A DNA stretch of 63,658 nt, the filler included, from Diploschistes diacapsis (taxonomy: Eukaryota): assembly GCA_023645945.1 (NCBI GenBank). It is 28 parts of 28 records of this genome, joined end to end, with 100 filler letters (N's around TTAATTAATTAA, not from the genome) between each part and the next. Parts side by side here need not be neighbours in the genome. Positions count along the whole stretch, not along the records: positions 35,775 to 37,233 come from JALAIB010003054.1; positions 37,334 to 38,792 come from JALAIB010003055.1; positions 38,893 to 40,350 come from JALAIB010003056.1; positions 40,451 to 41,908 come from JALAIB010003057.1; positions 42,009 to 43,465 come from JALAIB010003058.1; positions 43,566 to 45,022 come from JALAIB010003059.1; positions 45,123 to 46,579 come from JALAIB010003060.1; positions 46,680 to 48,135 come from JALAIB010003061.1; 20 more parts are not named here. One strand, written 5' to 3'. Under the pieces are notes generated by a model. The model was not told where the DNA came from, searched no databases, and saw only the letters and a list, made by a program, of their open reading frames with translations. Position 1 is the first letter of the stretch; every line of letters starts with the position of its first letter. The translations under genes and the position numbers were made by a program. Positions 37,099 through 49,790 of the stretch are shown in pieces.

Positions 37099-37679
37099 GA
37101 TTTAAATATAATTATAAATATAATCGTTGTCGCTCTATTACCATTTAAACTTAAATTAAAAATCAGAGATCGGAAACTTTCCCTTTATAACAGTATCGAA
37201 AAAGAGTTAAAAACGTTTAAAAAACCATTTAACNNNNNNNNNNNNNNNNNNNNNNNNNNNNNNNNNNNNNNNNNNNNTTAATTAATTAANNNNNNNNNNN
37301 NNNNNNNNNNNNNNNNNNNNNNNNNNNNNNNNNTTAAAGGCTCCTGTTTCTTATAATCGTCCCGAACTAGATAATGTTAACCGACGATTAATAAAATTAA
37401 AAAAATATTTTTAAATTTTAATACTTTACGTTTAGGATATATTATGTTTTCTTTCTATATTATCGGAATAAAAGATTATATAAGATAAGATTTACGAAAT
37501 GATCGTTAACGGGATTACGACATTTAAAACAACGTTATTATATTACGAAATATAACGTCTTTATTAAGAATAAGCGGTCTTAATCGAAAAATAATTTAAA
37601 TAAATTAATATGCTAAATAATTTCGTCTATAAGAAAATATTAAATAAATAAACGGAAAGTATAACTATAAACTCGACTT

Positions 37680-38143
37680 ATTCCGGGAAATTTACTAGAA
37701 AAACCCGAAAAATTTAGTTTAATTCAATTTAACTGAACCTTATAAAATCCGGTAGAATCCTAACTAAACCGATCAAGAATAATGTAAGTAATAAAGCTTA
37801 ACGAGTCCCGTAGGATATAAAAGTCTGCACAATAAGATTGCTTCCTAGGATAAGACCTCTAGATTTCAATATATCCATTACGTTGCCAAACATAGACGAA
37901 GTTTTTGAAATAATAACTCGGGTTAAATCGAGTCGAACAGTTTCGAAACGACCTGTAAGGCGTAAAAAATGTCGTCGCGTTTTTAAAATCGAGAAGGATG
38001 AAGAGGAAGAAAATAGATTCGATTTAGATCGATTAGATTCTAATTGCGACGAATAGGTTGCATTTAAAACCCGTAGAATGTTGGCGGTAGTGATTTAAGG
38101 TGGCCGAGATGGGGGGGTGGCCGAGGTGACCGTGAAACACGTT
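37680..38143 (+). mobile_element. Copia-B LTR end (to 37892) inserted in a Fot1/pogo 3' end
   Basis: The LTR terminus TTGCCAAACA directly abuts sequence matching 2452-2701. Confidence 0.75.
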
Positions 38144-39699
38144 AATATTAAAATTATAAAAACTAAAATTATGTTTTAAAACCGGATACTTATACAACAG
38201 TTTTTAAACCTCTTTTTCTAATAATTTATAGATAAAGATAATAACTGCTTCCCGACCGAAAAAGATATACTATCTAAAGAAATTTTTAGCCACAATTTCA
38301 AACCTAGAACAGAAGTTTCGAAGTTTTTTTTAATCATTACGATACCTCGTAGCCAATTCTATCAAATAAGTTTTAATATTCATCTCCTGTCGACTATTAA
38401 GGTGAGCGTAATGACGAAAAAAGACCTTCATTAAAACAGCCCAATTACGTTTAATAAACTGAAAAAAGCTTTAATTAATATAACGTGTTTGACGGGGATT
38501 CCGGCCACCCACAGACTCCGGCCACTTTTGCCAAGAAATAGTTTAAATCTTCAATAATTCTCCGAAATTAATCGTTATTTTTATCAATTATGTATCATAA
38601 GTAAGAAGTGCACATTGATTACGTCATAAGTTAACTTTTCTAAGCGAATTAAGAATGAAGACTCGAAAAAATGGATTTTTGAATCTTTTAAAATCAGCTT
38701 TAACCAAGCAAAATATTTTCTTTGAATATATCATTACGAGTGGTTTTATGCGTAGAGTTTAATAAAAATATTAAAAAAATGTTTTTTCGACGNNNNNNNN
38801 NNNNNNNNNNNNNNNNNNNNNNNNNNNNNNNNNNNNTTAATTAATTAANNNNNNNNNNNNNNNNNNNNNNNNNNNNNNNNNNNNNNNNNNNNGTTAAATC
38901 TTTTCGGTTATATTTATTATTAACGTAGGCGATATAGGAAAGCTAGTTTATGTAAGACGTGTAATTTATCGTATTAATGTTTTTTCTTTTAAATTTAAGA
39001 GGATTTAATTCGTTTCGTGGTTATTAGAGTAAGATTGAATTCTATTAAATCGATCCATAATAATCGATCGAGATATTTTAAATGCGCGAATAGTTTCTCG
39101 AATATTGGTATATTATTATAATTTTAGAACCTATAAATAGTCGTTGATATTAAATTTTATTAAAATCGAATTATTGCGATGCGAGGTAGTCATTATTAAG
39201 AAAAATCGAATATAAGATGAAAATAGTGATTTGAGATGGCCGGACTCTGGGGGTGGCCGGACTCACCGTCAAACATGTTATGTTAAGATCGACTATATTT
39301 CGAATGAATGAAAAGTACCAATAAAACGTTAAACGATGAGGGTAAATATTTAACGCGATTAAAATATTTAAGAGATCGCCTTCAATTAAAATAAATAACG
39401 GATTAATAACGCGTAAAACACCCGTCGTTGACGTAAAAAAGGCGGAGTTTAGATTTCTTCAATCAAAACTAGAAGCTATTTAGAAGAAAGAATAAGCGGT
39501 GAAACCGAACGCTGAAAAGATTATATTAAAACCTGCGAAAGGCGATATTTAAAAAGAATTTACGAACATCTAGACATCCACGATAGGAAATAAACAGAAT
39601 ACGATCCGGACTTTAAGATTTATAATAATAAACGTTGCGGCATTCCGAACCGACGCCAAGCGCAAAGAAGTTAAAATAGAAATATGCTCGCTATATGAG

Positions 39700-40330
39700 G
39701 TCAACACGGCGATCTAGAAGAAAAGAATTAAAAAATCATTATTACTAAACGGAAAGAACCTGAAGGAATAGATATAAAAGAAATTATTTACGGCGTATTA
39801 AGAATATATCGACGTGTTCTTTAAAACTAATTCGAATATTCTATTACTTTATCGAAAAGAATTTGATTATAAGATTAAACTCGTCGAATCGAATATTCTA
39901 ATTCATAACCCGTTTTATAAGCAGTTTTTTCCGGAGTTAGAGGCGGTGGAGGGATATTTGGAAAACAATCTAGACCGAAAGTTCATTAAAGTTAATAACG
40001 CACCGTACGGCGCTCCCGTATTGTTTATTAAAAAAACTAACGAAGATCTTCGATTCTACATGAATTATCGAAAACTAAACGTATTATCGAAGAAAGATAA
40101 ATATCCGTTATTATTAATTAAAGAAACCTTAATATGATTAAAAAACGTTCGTATTTATACCAAGTTGGATATCATATAACGTGTTTGACGGTCATCTCAG
40201 TGTTACGATCCAAGGTACTAGTCGGTAGTACTTGGCACGCAACAGCTAGTCGGGCACTTCCCAACCATTCCTTATATATAGTCCAATCAGGGTAACACGG
40301 GTCACGTGATGAATAAAAGATCTGGAAGAC
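39700..40330 (+). mobile_element. Gypsy RT N-terminal remnant, interrupted by a Fot1 left TIR (40179) and a family-A LTR (40201)
   Basis: APYGAPVLFIKKTNEDLRFYMNYRKLN...KDKYPLLLI and IYTKLDI, then TAACGTGTTTGACGG, then TGTTACGATCCAAG. Confidence 0.85.
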
Positions 40331-40595
40331 TATTCTACTTAGTCGTAAATNNNNNNNNNNNNNNNNNNNNNNNNNNNNNNNNNNNNNNNNNNNNTTAATT
40401 AATTAANNNNNNNNNNNNNNNNNNNNNNNNNNNNNNNNNNNNNNNNNNNNGGTGGAGAAGGGGTGAGGGGCTCATTACAACAGTGGCCCCAAGAAAACAG
40501 AAGAATCATATATATTTCTTTCTCTCCCTTGCTTCGGACTGTCGGTGATGCCACGCACAATCCCGTCACCCTACCGATGCGGCTCCGGCAAACTC

Positions 40596-41200
40596 CTAAC
40601 CTTCTCTCCAAACAACTTCTCCGCCCCCGACCCAAACCCCATCCCCAGGTCCCCTGTCCAAGTTTTTTAGATACGGCAACAGCGCCTCCGAAAATGCCTC
40701 GCTCGCGTCTCTGGGTAGTAGACTCGGTAAATGATCGATACTAATTACGCTCAACGGCACCGTATTTTCGTCGCCCTTGGTCTCCACCGGCAGGGTCGGC
40801 TTGTCGGACGTGCTCCAGGTCGTATATATCGGCACGGGGTTGTGCTCGTTATTGGGGTCGCACGAGACATCGCACACTACGGTGAGCTTCCTTCCCTTTT
40901 CTCCAAGCATTTCAGGCGTGATAAACGGTGCGATGGGTAAGGTAGATGCAGTTTGATAAAAATGTCGCTCGCCGCGATCTCATGGAACGGCCCGCCGGCT
41001 TTTGTTTTGCCAAAGGTCCTACTTGATAATGCCCCTATTATTATTATGCGCGGCGCTCGGTCGGTTCCTGGGCTCTTGTTCAATGCTTTGGCGTTTTCCA
41101 AGGCTTGCCGTACGTCGGAGATGGGTTTGTGTTCGTCAGGGCAGGAGGCGATGGAGAGAGGCTTTGATTCCAAGCGAAGGTGCACGACCGTAGCGAGGAA
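40596..41200 (-). pseudogene. LYS1: Internally deleted, frameshifted saccharopine dehydrogenase (lysine-forming) copy
   Basis: HLRLESKPL (N-terminus), IIIIGAL, GGPFHEIAASDIFI, VVCDVSCDPNNEHNPVPIY and VISIDHLPSLLPRDASEAFS are compressed into ~600 bp over two or more frames. Confidence 0.82.
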
Positions 41201-42008
41201 ATAGTTGCAAGAAGACTAGGATATCAAGGCTCTCAGTTAAAACAAGTCGCTTTCTATTATATTCTGATAGACCTCGCATTGACGGTCCGAGATGGTGTTT
41301 GTGAGTGATAACCAAAAATAGTATTCAGTTCATCTGTCATCGTTCCAACTCTTAGCTCGTCCTACTCTTTCAGCCCATTAGTCCCTGCTTTTTGCCTCGG
41401 CCCCCACAAGAAGAAAGTGGGGCGAGCTAACAGTTGGACGGCGGCAGCAAAAGTATAGTTGTACCTCTTCTCACAAGTGGCTTGTACTGGCTTTAAGGGT
41501 CAGCAAACATATCCAGAGTTTTTAGTGAAAGAGCCAATGCCCTCCGCATGATTTTCAACGGGCTGTACAAGTTCCAAGTTGGAGAATCGAAATGCCAAAT
41601 CTCAACGGGCTGTGAAGGGTCTGGAACGATCAAAGCCTCGATGATGTCATGGATATCAGAAACGTATTTGATATAGAGATGCGCCCTCCCCAAAAGAAAA
41701 TGCAATATTAATCACCTTCACGATCCATCCTCTTCTCCATCCATATCCACAAAACCAGCCCAAACCACTCAACCTCATATCCCCCAACACATTCAACAAC
41801 CACCATACCACCCTCAACCCTCTCAGCCCGCACCCTCCTCCTCGCCCTCCTCCTCCCGCTAACCCTCCTCCTTCTCGCCAGCCACCACCTCACCACCCCC
41901 CTAACCACNNNNNNNNNNNNNNNNNNNNNNNNNNNNNNNNNNNNNNNNNNNNTTAATTAATTAANNNNNNNNNNNNNNNNNNNNNNNNNNNNNNNNNNNN
42001 NNNNNNNN

Positions 42009-43465
42009 ATATAAATCCTTCGCATCTACGAGAACTTAAATCTTTCTATTATATTTACGGAAGATTCTACCGTCGCAAAAAAGCTATTCTTTTAAAAAAA
42101 AACCGTTTATTTTATTATTCGTAATTCGGGTTCAATCAATAGCCTCATTTTCGAAAAAATATTATAATCCTCCAAGCTTTTAATCGAAAAATACGTTAAA
42201 ATCGAGCCTACCGCGTTCGACTTTAACTTCCGTGATATAATAATAGTATTAAACTAACTAAACCTTTCGATCATAAGTCTAAAATATAGCGACGTAATTA
42301 TTAAGATCGGAACATAAGTAACACAGGCTTTCAAGGTCGGAGATCGTGTCTACGGGCTCCTCCGGGACCATTGGTCTAATCGGGTTAGAATTGATTACCA
42401 CAACCTAATACGCATACCCGAAAGCATGAGCTTTAAGACTACCGCCGGAATCCCCCTTATCTTTATAACGGCATATTACAACCTCATAACATTAGCTCGC
42501 CTGCAAGAGAGGGATTCTATTCTTATTTATAATGCCGCTGGCGGTATAAAACAAGCTACTATCATGATTATTCAATCAATGAATACTACTATATTCGCCA
42601 CAACAGACACTCCAGAAAAGAGAAAGTTCCTCCGCCGAACATTTAATCTAACTCATACGCACATCTTCTCAAATCGCGACTCAACTTTCGTGCGACAAAT
42701 CCATACCTTAACTAAAGGAAGAAACGTTGACGTAAGCTTCAATTCGCTAGCTAACCAATTTCTCCGCGATACCTGGCACTACATCGCGGTTTTTAAGCGA
42801 TTCGTTAAAATTAACAAACGTGATCTTAAAGCCAATCACAACTTAGAAATGAAGTTCTTTACACGTAACGTAACCTTTTTCTCGATAAACATGATTTTAC
42901 TTAAAAAATAACGGCCAAGAATCGCAGCCGAGGTAATACGGGCAGTTATATAATTGATCAAAAACAAAAAAGTCGTTTCTATTATATTTATAACCGTATA
43001 CAACCTACTAGATGTAATTAATACGTTCACGCTGATACGCGGTGATAAACATTTTAGAAAGCTCATCGTCCGAACGAACAAAGACGTAAAAGTCAAGATT
43101 AATAAACCTACTCGCCATCTTTTAAGTCTTACGACTAAACATCTTTCTAGATTCTTACCACCAGGCTTTCCGCGGCTCTTTTTAACGAGACTTCCTACGT
43201 CATCGTCGGAAATATAGGCGACCTTAATCAAGTTATATACCGACGTCTTATCGAGCACGACGCACGATATCTTATCATTTTATCACGTAATATTTAATTT
43301 ATTAAATATATAAACTTTTATACTAATCTTCGTGTTACTAATTACAAAATGATAGCCCGTAATTGCAGCGTTACTAACCTCGAAGATTTAAAACGTGCCC
43401 TCAACGAATACAGAAACATGCCCCCCATCAAAGACGTAATTCAAGGTGCTATGGCTCTCGAGCTG
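42009..43465 (+). pseudogene. RIP-mutated highly reducing PKS fragment (ER-KR domains)
   Basis: ER motifs FDFNFRD, AGIPLIFITAYY, SILIYNAAGGIKQA, HIFSNRD and FTRNVTF; KR motifs ILSRN and PPIKDVIQGAMAL. Pervasive G>A changes and stops. Confidence 0.85.
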
Positions 43466-43586
43466 NNNNNNNNNNNNNNNNNNNNNNNNNNNNNNNNNNN
43501 NNNNNNNNNTTAATTAATTAANNNNNNNNNNNNNNNNNNNNNNNNNNNNNNNNNNNNNNNNNNNNAAAAAACTAACCGTCTCCCAG

Positions 43587-44710
43587 CACGACGCCGTCCT
43601 CGACTACTACGGCCGGCGGCTAGCAACCTGCTCGTCGGACAAAACCATCAAGATCTTCGACGTCGACCCGTCCGCGGCAACGCACCGGCTGGCCGAGACG
43701 CTGCGCGGCCACGACGGCGCGGTGTGGAGCGTGGCGTGGGCGCACCCGAAATTCGGCAGCGTGCTGGCCTCGGCCTCGTACGACGGGCGCGTGCTCATCT
43801 GGCGCTCCTCCGCCAACAACAACGCCGGCGCCAGCAACAACCACCACCCCCCCTCTCACCAGCACGCCTCCCAGAACCAGAACCAGAACCAAGGCCAAAG
43901 CCCGGGCTCGTTCCAAAAGGTCTTCGAGTCGACCCTGCACACCGCCTCCGTGAACAGCCTGTCGTGGGCGCCGCACGAGTGCGGCTGCGTGCTGGCGTGC
44001 GCGAGCTCGGACGGGAGCATCAGCGTGCTGGAGTTCGAGGACGGGCGGTGGGAGCATGTGCTGCTGCAGGGCGCGCATGCGCTCGGGGTCAATGCGGTGA
44101 GCTGGGCGCCGGCGGCGAGGCCGGGGAGTCTGGTGAGCGCGGGTGGGGCGCAGCAGGGGCACGGGCAGGGCCAGGGGCACGCGGGCAGGCGGTTTGTGAG
44201 TGGGGGGAGTGATTGCCTGGTTAAGATTTGGGAGTGGAGGTACGTGTTTTCCATCTCATTGCTTTTACGCGGTTGGTGAGGGAGAGTCCAGGCGGTATGC
44301 AGTACGTGGACAGAACGGCGGCTGACCCGCGGCGCAGCGCCGAGCAGAAAACATACTTTCCCGTGCAAACGCTGCAGGGCCACGCCGACTGGGTGCGCGA
44401 CGTGGCCTGGTCCCCCTCCGTGCTGCTGAAATCCTACATCGCCTCCGCGTCGCAGGACAAGACGGTGCGGATATGGTCCACCGACGCCACTCCCGCGCGC
44501 AGCGGGAGCGGCGGGGCAAGCGGCGGGCCCAAGGCCCCAGGCCAGGGCGAATGGAAGAGCACGACGCTCGAGTTCGACAGCGTACTGTGGCGCGCCAGCT
44601 GGAGCCTGAGCGGGAACGTACTGGCGGTCAGCCAGGGGGACAACAAGGTCAGTCTGTGGAAGGAGAATCTGCGGGGCGCGTGGGAGAAGGTCCGGGACGT
44701 GGAGGAGTGA
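43587..44710 (+). CDS. SEC13: COPII / nuclear pore WD40 protein Sec13, 5' exon(s) lost in gap
   Basis: [56 protein letters not shown] and [12 protein letters not shown]. Intron at 44240-44337. Confidence 0.96.
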
Positions 44711-44850
44711 TGAGATGCGATGTGGCTTCAGGCTGCGGGGATGAAACGAAAAAAGGAGAACAGAACGCAGACCCATGCCATGCCATGCCCCAAAGCCCAC
44801 ATCTCCTTTTCATTTGGCACGGCGACAGGGCAGGAACGGCGCCTTCAGCC

Positions 44851-44884
44851 AGCCAGTCAGTCGGTCAGTCAGTCAGTCAGTCAG
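44851..44884 (+). repeat. (CAGT)n microsatellite in SEC13 3' region
   Basis: Seen directly in the sequence. Confidence 0.85.
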
Positions 44885-45499
44885 GCTACCGGTCACGAAA
44901 GCACGAACGACATAAAAATCCCAGCCCTCGCTGTTGCATCCACGAGTTTGTCCATTTCACGCTGCCATGAGCAGCCTGAGTTCTGAGCCCTGAGCCCTGA
45001 GCATAACCTAGCAAAACAACCCNNNNNNNNNNNNNNNNNNNNNNNNNNNNNNNNNNNNNNNNNNNNTTAATTAATTAANNNNNNNNNNNNNNNNNNNNNN
45101 NNNNNNNNNNNNNNNNNNNNNNTTTCCCACGCTTATTTCTTACGACCTATTTATCGAAGAAAAATATTAAAAAATGGTTCGTTAATTCGCGCGATTAGAT
45201 TCAGAATTAATTTAAAATAAAACGTTATATTAATTTTCTTTATATCTAGATATTCCTCTACTGCCCTATATAGAAGCTCTAGTGTAAACATAAAAGTAGG
45301 CCGCAGACTTGGTGGGGGTGGCCCCTACAGGGCAGCTCCATTTAAGGAGGCCTGTTAGGTAGCTATGGACAAGGAATGCATCCTACATTTCATAAATGTC
45401 CTACCTAGGTATGCTATTGACTACGAAATTACATTACATTCCCCTACTACACCACCTGCGACTATCTACCTACTACAGCATGGGAAGTCTCCCTAGACA

Positions 45500-46229
45500 G
45501 CGCGCCTTGTGTTTATAATAGCATATCTGGAACCTATCTTAGATCCCGTCGACGATCCTTATTATCGCCGTCCCTTGCTTCCCCCGCCTGTTATTATAGA
45601 TTTGGAAGAAAGATATTACGAAATAGACAGATTACTGGCTAAGAAAAAACTTAAGAAAGGTAGAGGTTAAAGGATAAAATACTTAATACGTTAGACGGGA
45701 TACGACGCTAGCGAAAACATGTGGATATCGGGTAAAAAACTATTACGGCATGTTAAAGACGTCGTCGCCGATTACGAACGGACATACGAAAAGATTGCAG
45801 AGGTAAGACAAAATTAGGGATAGAATGCATGTAAGGATTGGTAAAGATTGCTAAGGTTTGGCGTCTTGAAAAGAATCAAAGTTGTTTTGTCTTTTAAAGG
45901 TTTTTGGACGCTTTTATTAAAGGTTTTGTCTCCATAACAAATGGTTAAAAGGAGAATGTTTTGGGATAATTATTGGTAAGAATACATACTAACGATATGC
46001 TTATGAAGGCATAAGCTTTATGCTGGACGGGGATATTGTGGTAGATACTGGGCTTGCTGACGGATCGCTTAGGATAGCTGGTGGCAGGTGGTGCCGACCT
46101 TGCTGCAGTAGGCAGCATCTATGACGATGTCGTTTGGTATCTACTGTATATAAGTAGCTTTTCGCTCCACATTAGCTACAATGGACACTCACTTCCCAGA
46201 CAATAATTTGACAGATGATTTGCATATCA
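45500..46229 (+). mobile_element. Chromovirus (Gypsy) 3' end: chromodomain, PPT and 3' LTR (from 46037)
   Basis: YEIDRLLAKK...KYLIR*TGYDASENMW chromodomain. A purine tract GGACGGGGATA precedes TGTGGTAG. Confidence 0.8.
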
Positions 46230-46788
46230 ATAATTAAATAAAATGTAATACTATTAAGGACGTAACGATATATTTAACTTTATAAAATAAAACCGAGACG
46301 GTCCTTTAAACTTTAAATGATCACGAAATAAAAAAAGTTTTTAAAAAATAGACTATTTTAAATACTAAACGACGAGTATCTAGATCAGAAGTAAAAGAAA
46401 CGTTACTATATTGATTCAAAAAGATGCTCCCGTCTAGAAACCGTGGTGAAAGATCGAACCTTAACGTAACATTAATTTGACCGTTTAAGAATCTTAAAAC
46501 ATGTTTTAATTAAAAGTAATGATTTAATTGAAAACAACTGGAATATTATTTTAATTAATTAACGGTATAAGTTATATCTNNNNNNNNNNNNNNNNNNNNN
46601 NNNNNNNNNNNNNNNNNNNNNNNTTAATTAATTAANNNNNNNNNNNNNNNNNNNNNNNNNNNNNNNNNNNNNNNNNNNNGGGTTTAAGGGGCTTACTGTC
46701 GTGTGAGGGTGGCATATTCTGCTTTTCTGGCCTGTAGTGCCCCCTTTTAGCGTCTCAATTGACGGGGTTACGGAGCGGTGGCATTTAC

Positions 46789-46992
46789 TTCTCGGATCTC
46801 TGGCGTCTCGTCTAGGGCGGCCTTGTTGTCCCAGTGCTTGAAGTACTCGTTCACCGCCTCTTGCTGTGCTGCCTTGTCCTTGTTTAACATCGACATGAAA
46901 CCCGCCCGCTCTTCGGCGGATTTGCCGTGCATTGCCTTGTTGAAGGCGGCGTCGCGGACATGGTCCTCGAGTTCGAGGACGGAGGGAGCCAT
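46789..46992 (-). CDS. ERG6: First coding exon of sterol 24-C-methyltransferase
   Basis: MAPSVLELEDHVRDAAFNKAMHGKSA...AVNEYFKHWDNK...ETPEIRE followed by donor GTAAAT. Confidence 0.9.
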
Positions 46993-47220
46993 TGCGAAGG
47001 ATAGGCTGAGAGTGGAGAATGGGAAAGAAGGGTATAAGGATTTTCGAGAACGACAAGAGCCTTGGAAAAGAGCGAAATCCAAGGTCTATCAGGTAAAGAA
47101 CGACCGGAGAGAAGGACCTTTTTTCATTCGATCCGCAATCAGGTCATTTTGAAGATTCCGGCCCTGAAGCTCCCGGGAAAAAATATTACTACAAGGGCAT
47201 TCCTCGAGCGTTGGGACGTA

Positions 47221-47565
47221 CAGTGGGGTCCCAAAAGTAGTTAGGTATGAAAACAACAAAACACGACCCACTAACTTCATCAAGCCATTGCGCGCTCAAT
47301 AAAGCTTGAATGAATACGCAAATTAGATCATGTTGAAGCTCTTAAATAGTAGATAATATTAATATTTAATTTGTTATCCTTGCGCGTCTATATAAGCCTG
47401 TATACGCTTCGACATAGAATGAATTAATATAATAGGCAATTCCTATTCCTTATCCTTTTAAAACGTTCTAAAAGCTTCTCGAATTATTGCTGTTAAAGTA
47501 TTCTTTTTCTTTTCCTTATCTTCGCGCATCGTTTTAAGCTTAAAATAAAGTTTAATAATCATTTC
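47221..47565 (-). mobile_element. Tc1/impala-like transposon end with transposase C-terminal remnant
   Basis: TA|CAGTGGGGTCCCAAAAGTA resembles the TIR at 21439. The minus strand gives KRIQAYIDAQG*QIKY, matching the end of the 21577 transposase. Confidence 0.75.
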
Positions 47566-48135
47566 TGTTTGGCAACGTAATTGTTGAGCAGACAGGCAGA
47601 AGGCATGGCTGGGAGTACAACTGAATTTCAGAGGGAGGTTCAGTTCAGCTGAACTCCGAGGTTTAGTTCAGCTGAACCTTCTAGAATTCCAACTAAACCG
47701 AATAAGGAATAGTATAAATAATAAAACTTAGCGTATCCTATAAAAATAAAAATCTATAAAATTGAATAATCTTCTAAATAAATATTTTAAACTTCAATAT
47801 ATTTATTATGTTGTTAAATAGGTTATAAATTCGGGTTTTGTATCTATTCTATTTAATCACTACGCTTATCGTTTATTGAAATTATGTTTCTCGATAGTTA
47901 TTACGGTTATGAACGCGGGCACCGATTACGTTATTTAACGTAGGTTAAATCGAAGAAATCCGAAAGTTTAGGATCTGAATTATAAGATCCTAAAATGGGC
48001 AGATTTAAAAATAGAAGTTATATTATTAGAAAAAGAACGCGGGACCTTATTACGCTAATATAGGGTATGTTTAAATAAGAAAGTAATTGGATTTAGATTT
48101 TATTTATATAAATTAACGAAAAACAACCTTCTTAT
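47566..48135 (+). mobile_element. Copia-B 5' LTR (47582-47820) with leader, nested in the end of an inverted Copia-B LTR
   Basis: TGTTTGGCAACGTAAT (reverse complement of the LTR end) is followed at once by TGTTGAGCAGAC. A degenerate PBS GGTTATAAATTCGGG lies at 47821. Confidence 0.75.
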
Positions 48136-49193
48136 NNNNNNNNNNNNNNNNNNNNNNNNNNNNNNNNNNNNNNNNNNNNTTAATTAATTAANNNNNNNNN
48201 NNNNNNNNNNNNNNNNNNNNNNNNNNNNNNNNNNNGCTTAATAATTTATTTAAATAAATATGGATTTAGTTACTGATTGGAAAATAAGTCTATAGCGAGA
48301 AGGTTTAAATTAGTGTATCTCGAACGAAATAATGTTGTTATTGGTTTTATTTATTAATAATAGGTCGTTTTAAGGTGAGAAATTACCGCTGGTTTCTTTT
48401 ATATATTCTTTATTTAATTTATCAGGTATCTGACCGGTCCGAGTTTTACTTTTTAATAATGATTAGTTTTATCGAAATAATCGAGCTAATAAGTTTTAAA
48501 GATATCGTGTTAATTAATTATCGGAACTGTCATATGTCCGAATTTAAATTTAGTTTTAAAAGCGATGTAAAAGGATAAAATCTACCATATAAAAGATATA
48601 GCTCAAAACGAAGCAAATAGGTGCTTAAATAGTAATTAATTTACGGTCTTAAAGGTAAAGCAAAAGGGTGTTTCAATGATGGTTAAAAGCTTTAGTTATA
48701 ACAAAAAAACCACGAAAAAAAAGCTTGGTGACAGGCTGGTGAATGCTAGTAGGTCAAATCTCACTATAAAAGCATTAAAAGCTTCTGTTTAAAGAAATAA
48801 TTACAAGCAATCTAGTACTTAATTCGGGATAAATGGATCGACAACTAAAAGTTGTTATTAATGTAACAAGGACAAGGCTTGATAAATGGATTGTATTGAT
48901 AAAAGAGGATAGGCCCTTTTAAAAGACTATGGCCTCTTGGCCCAAGCAACGCCAAGCCTATCTAATCCTATCAGGACCACATGCCGGTCCCGTGACACTC
49001 GCGAAGGTTTTTCGTTATTATTTCTTATCGTTTCTTCTTTTTTAACTATTAATCGATCTTTCTTATAAAAATAGCGAATATCTCTATCCCGGTCTATCGA
49101 CTAACGACATCGAAAGCTACGACGTTAATCGCGAAGATTCGATTAGAATTACTATCCGTGTAAACTCGTTTATCGGTCTTACGGGGAGCAAAC

Positions 49194-49636
49194 TGTTGAA
49201 AGTGGTAGAAGTTCCTAATAAATAACTGATGACTAAAAATGTATTCTGCAGCTAGTCCTAACTAAAAAATATTCCTAGCCTGCCTAGCCTAATAACTAAC
49301 TATTATTCAATAATTATATTAAAGAGGTTCAAGGTTGTAACTATGAAAGTTGGAGGGTGAGAGGCCTTTTATAGGCACACTTCACGCTAGTATGATTAGT
49401 AATAGTTTAATCTAGAAAGTTCCTTATCCTCCTAAATCATTCCATGTATTAGTAAGCCGAATATTCTAGAATATTCTAGAATATTCGATGATATTCGATA
49501 ATCTTCGATGATGTTCTATTATGTTCTAGAATATTCTAGAACCTTCTAGAACCTTCTAGAAGCTTCCAGAATAGTCGAACATGCTAGAAAGCTTAGTAAA
49601 CAATCTGACTAACCTATTTAGGTTAGTATTCTGACA
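49194..49636 (-). mobile_element. Copia family-C-related solo LTR with TSD and internal 10-bp tandem repeats
   Basis: CAAAC on both sides. GAATATTCTA-like units at 49458-49575. Confidence 0.85.
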
Positions 49637-49790
49637 CAAACAAATAAATTAAATTCTTTACATTAATTCTGCTACTACTATCTACTATACNNNNNNNNNN
49701 NNNNNNNNNNNNNNNNNNNNNNNNNNNNNNNNNNTTAATTAATTAANNNNNNNNNNNNNNNNNNNNNNNNNNNNNNNNNNNNNNNNNNNN

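Noticed and set aside
41493..41908. Possible gene fragment upstream of the LYS1 remnant
   Set aside because: May be coding, but I could not assign a family or exon structure.
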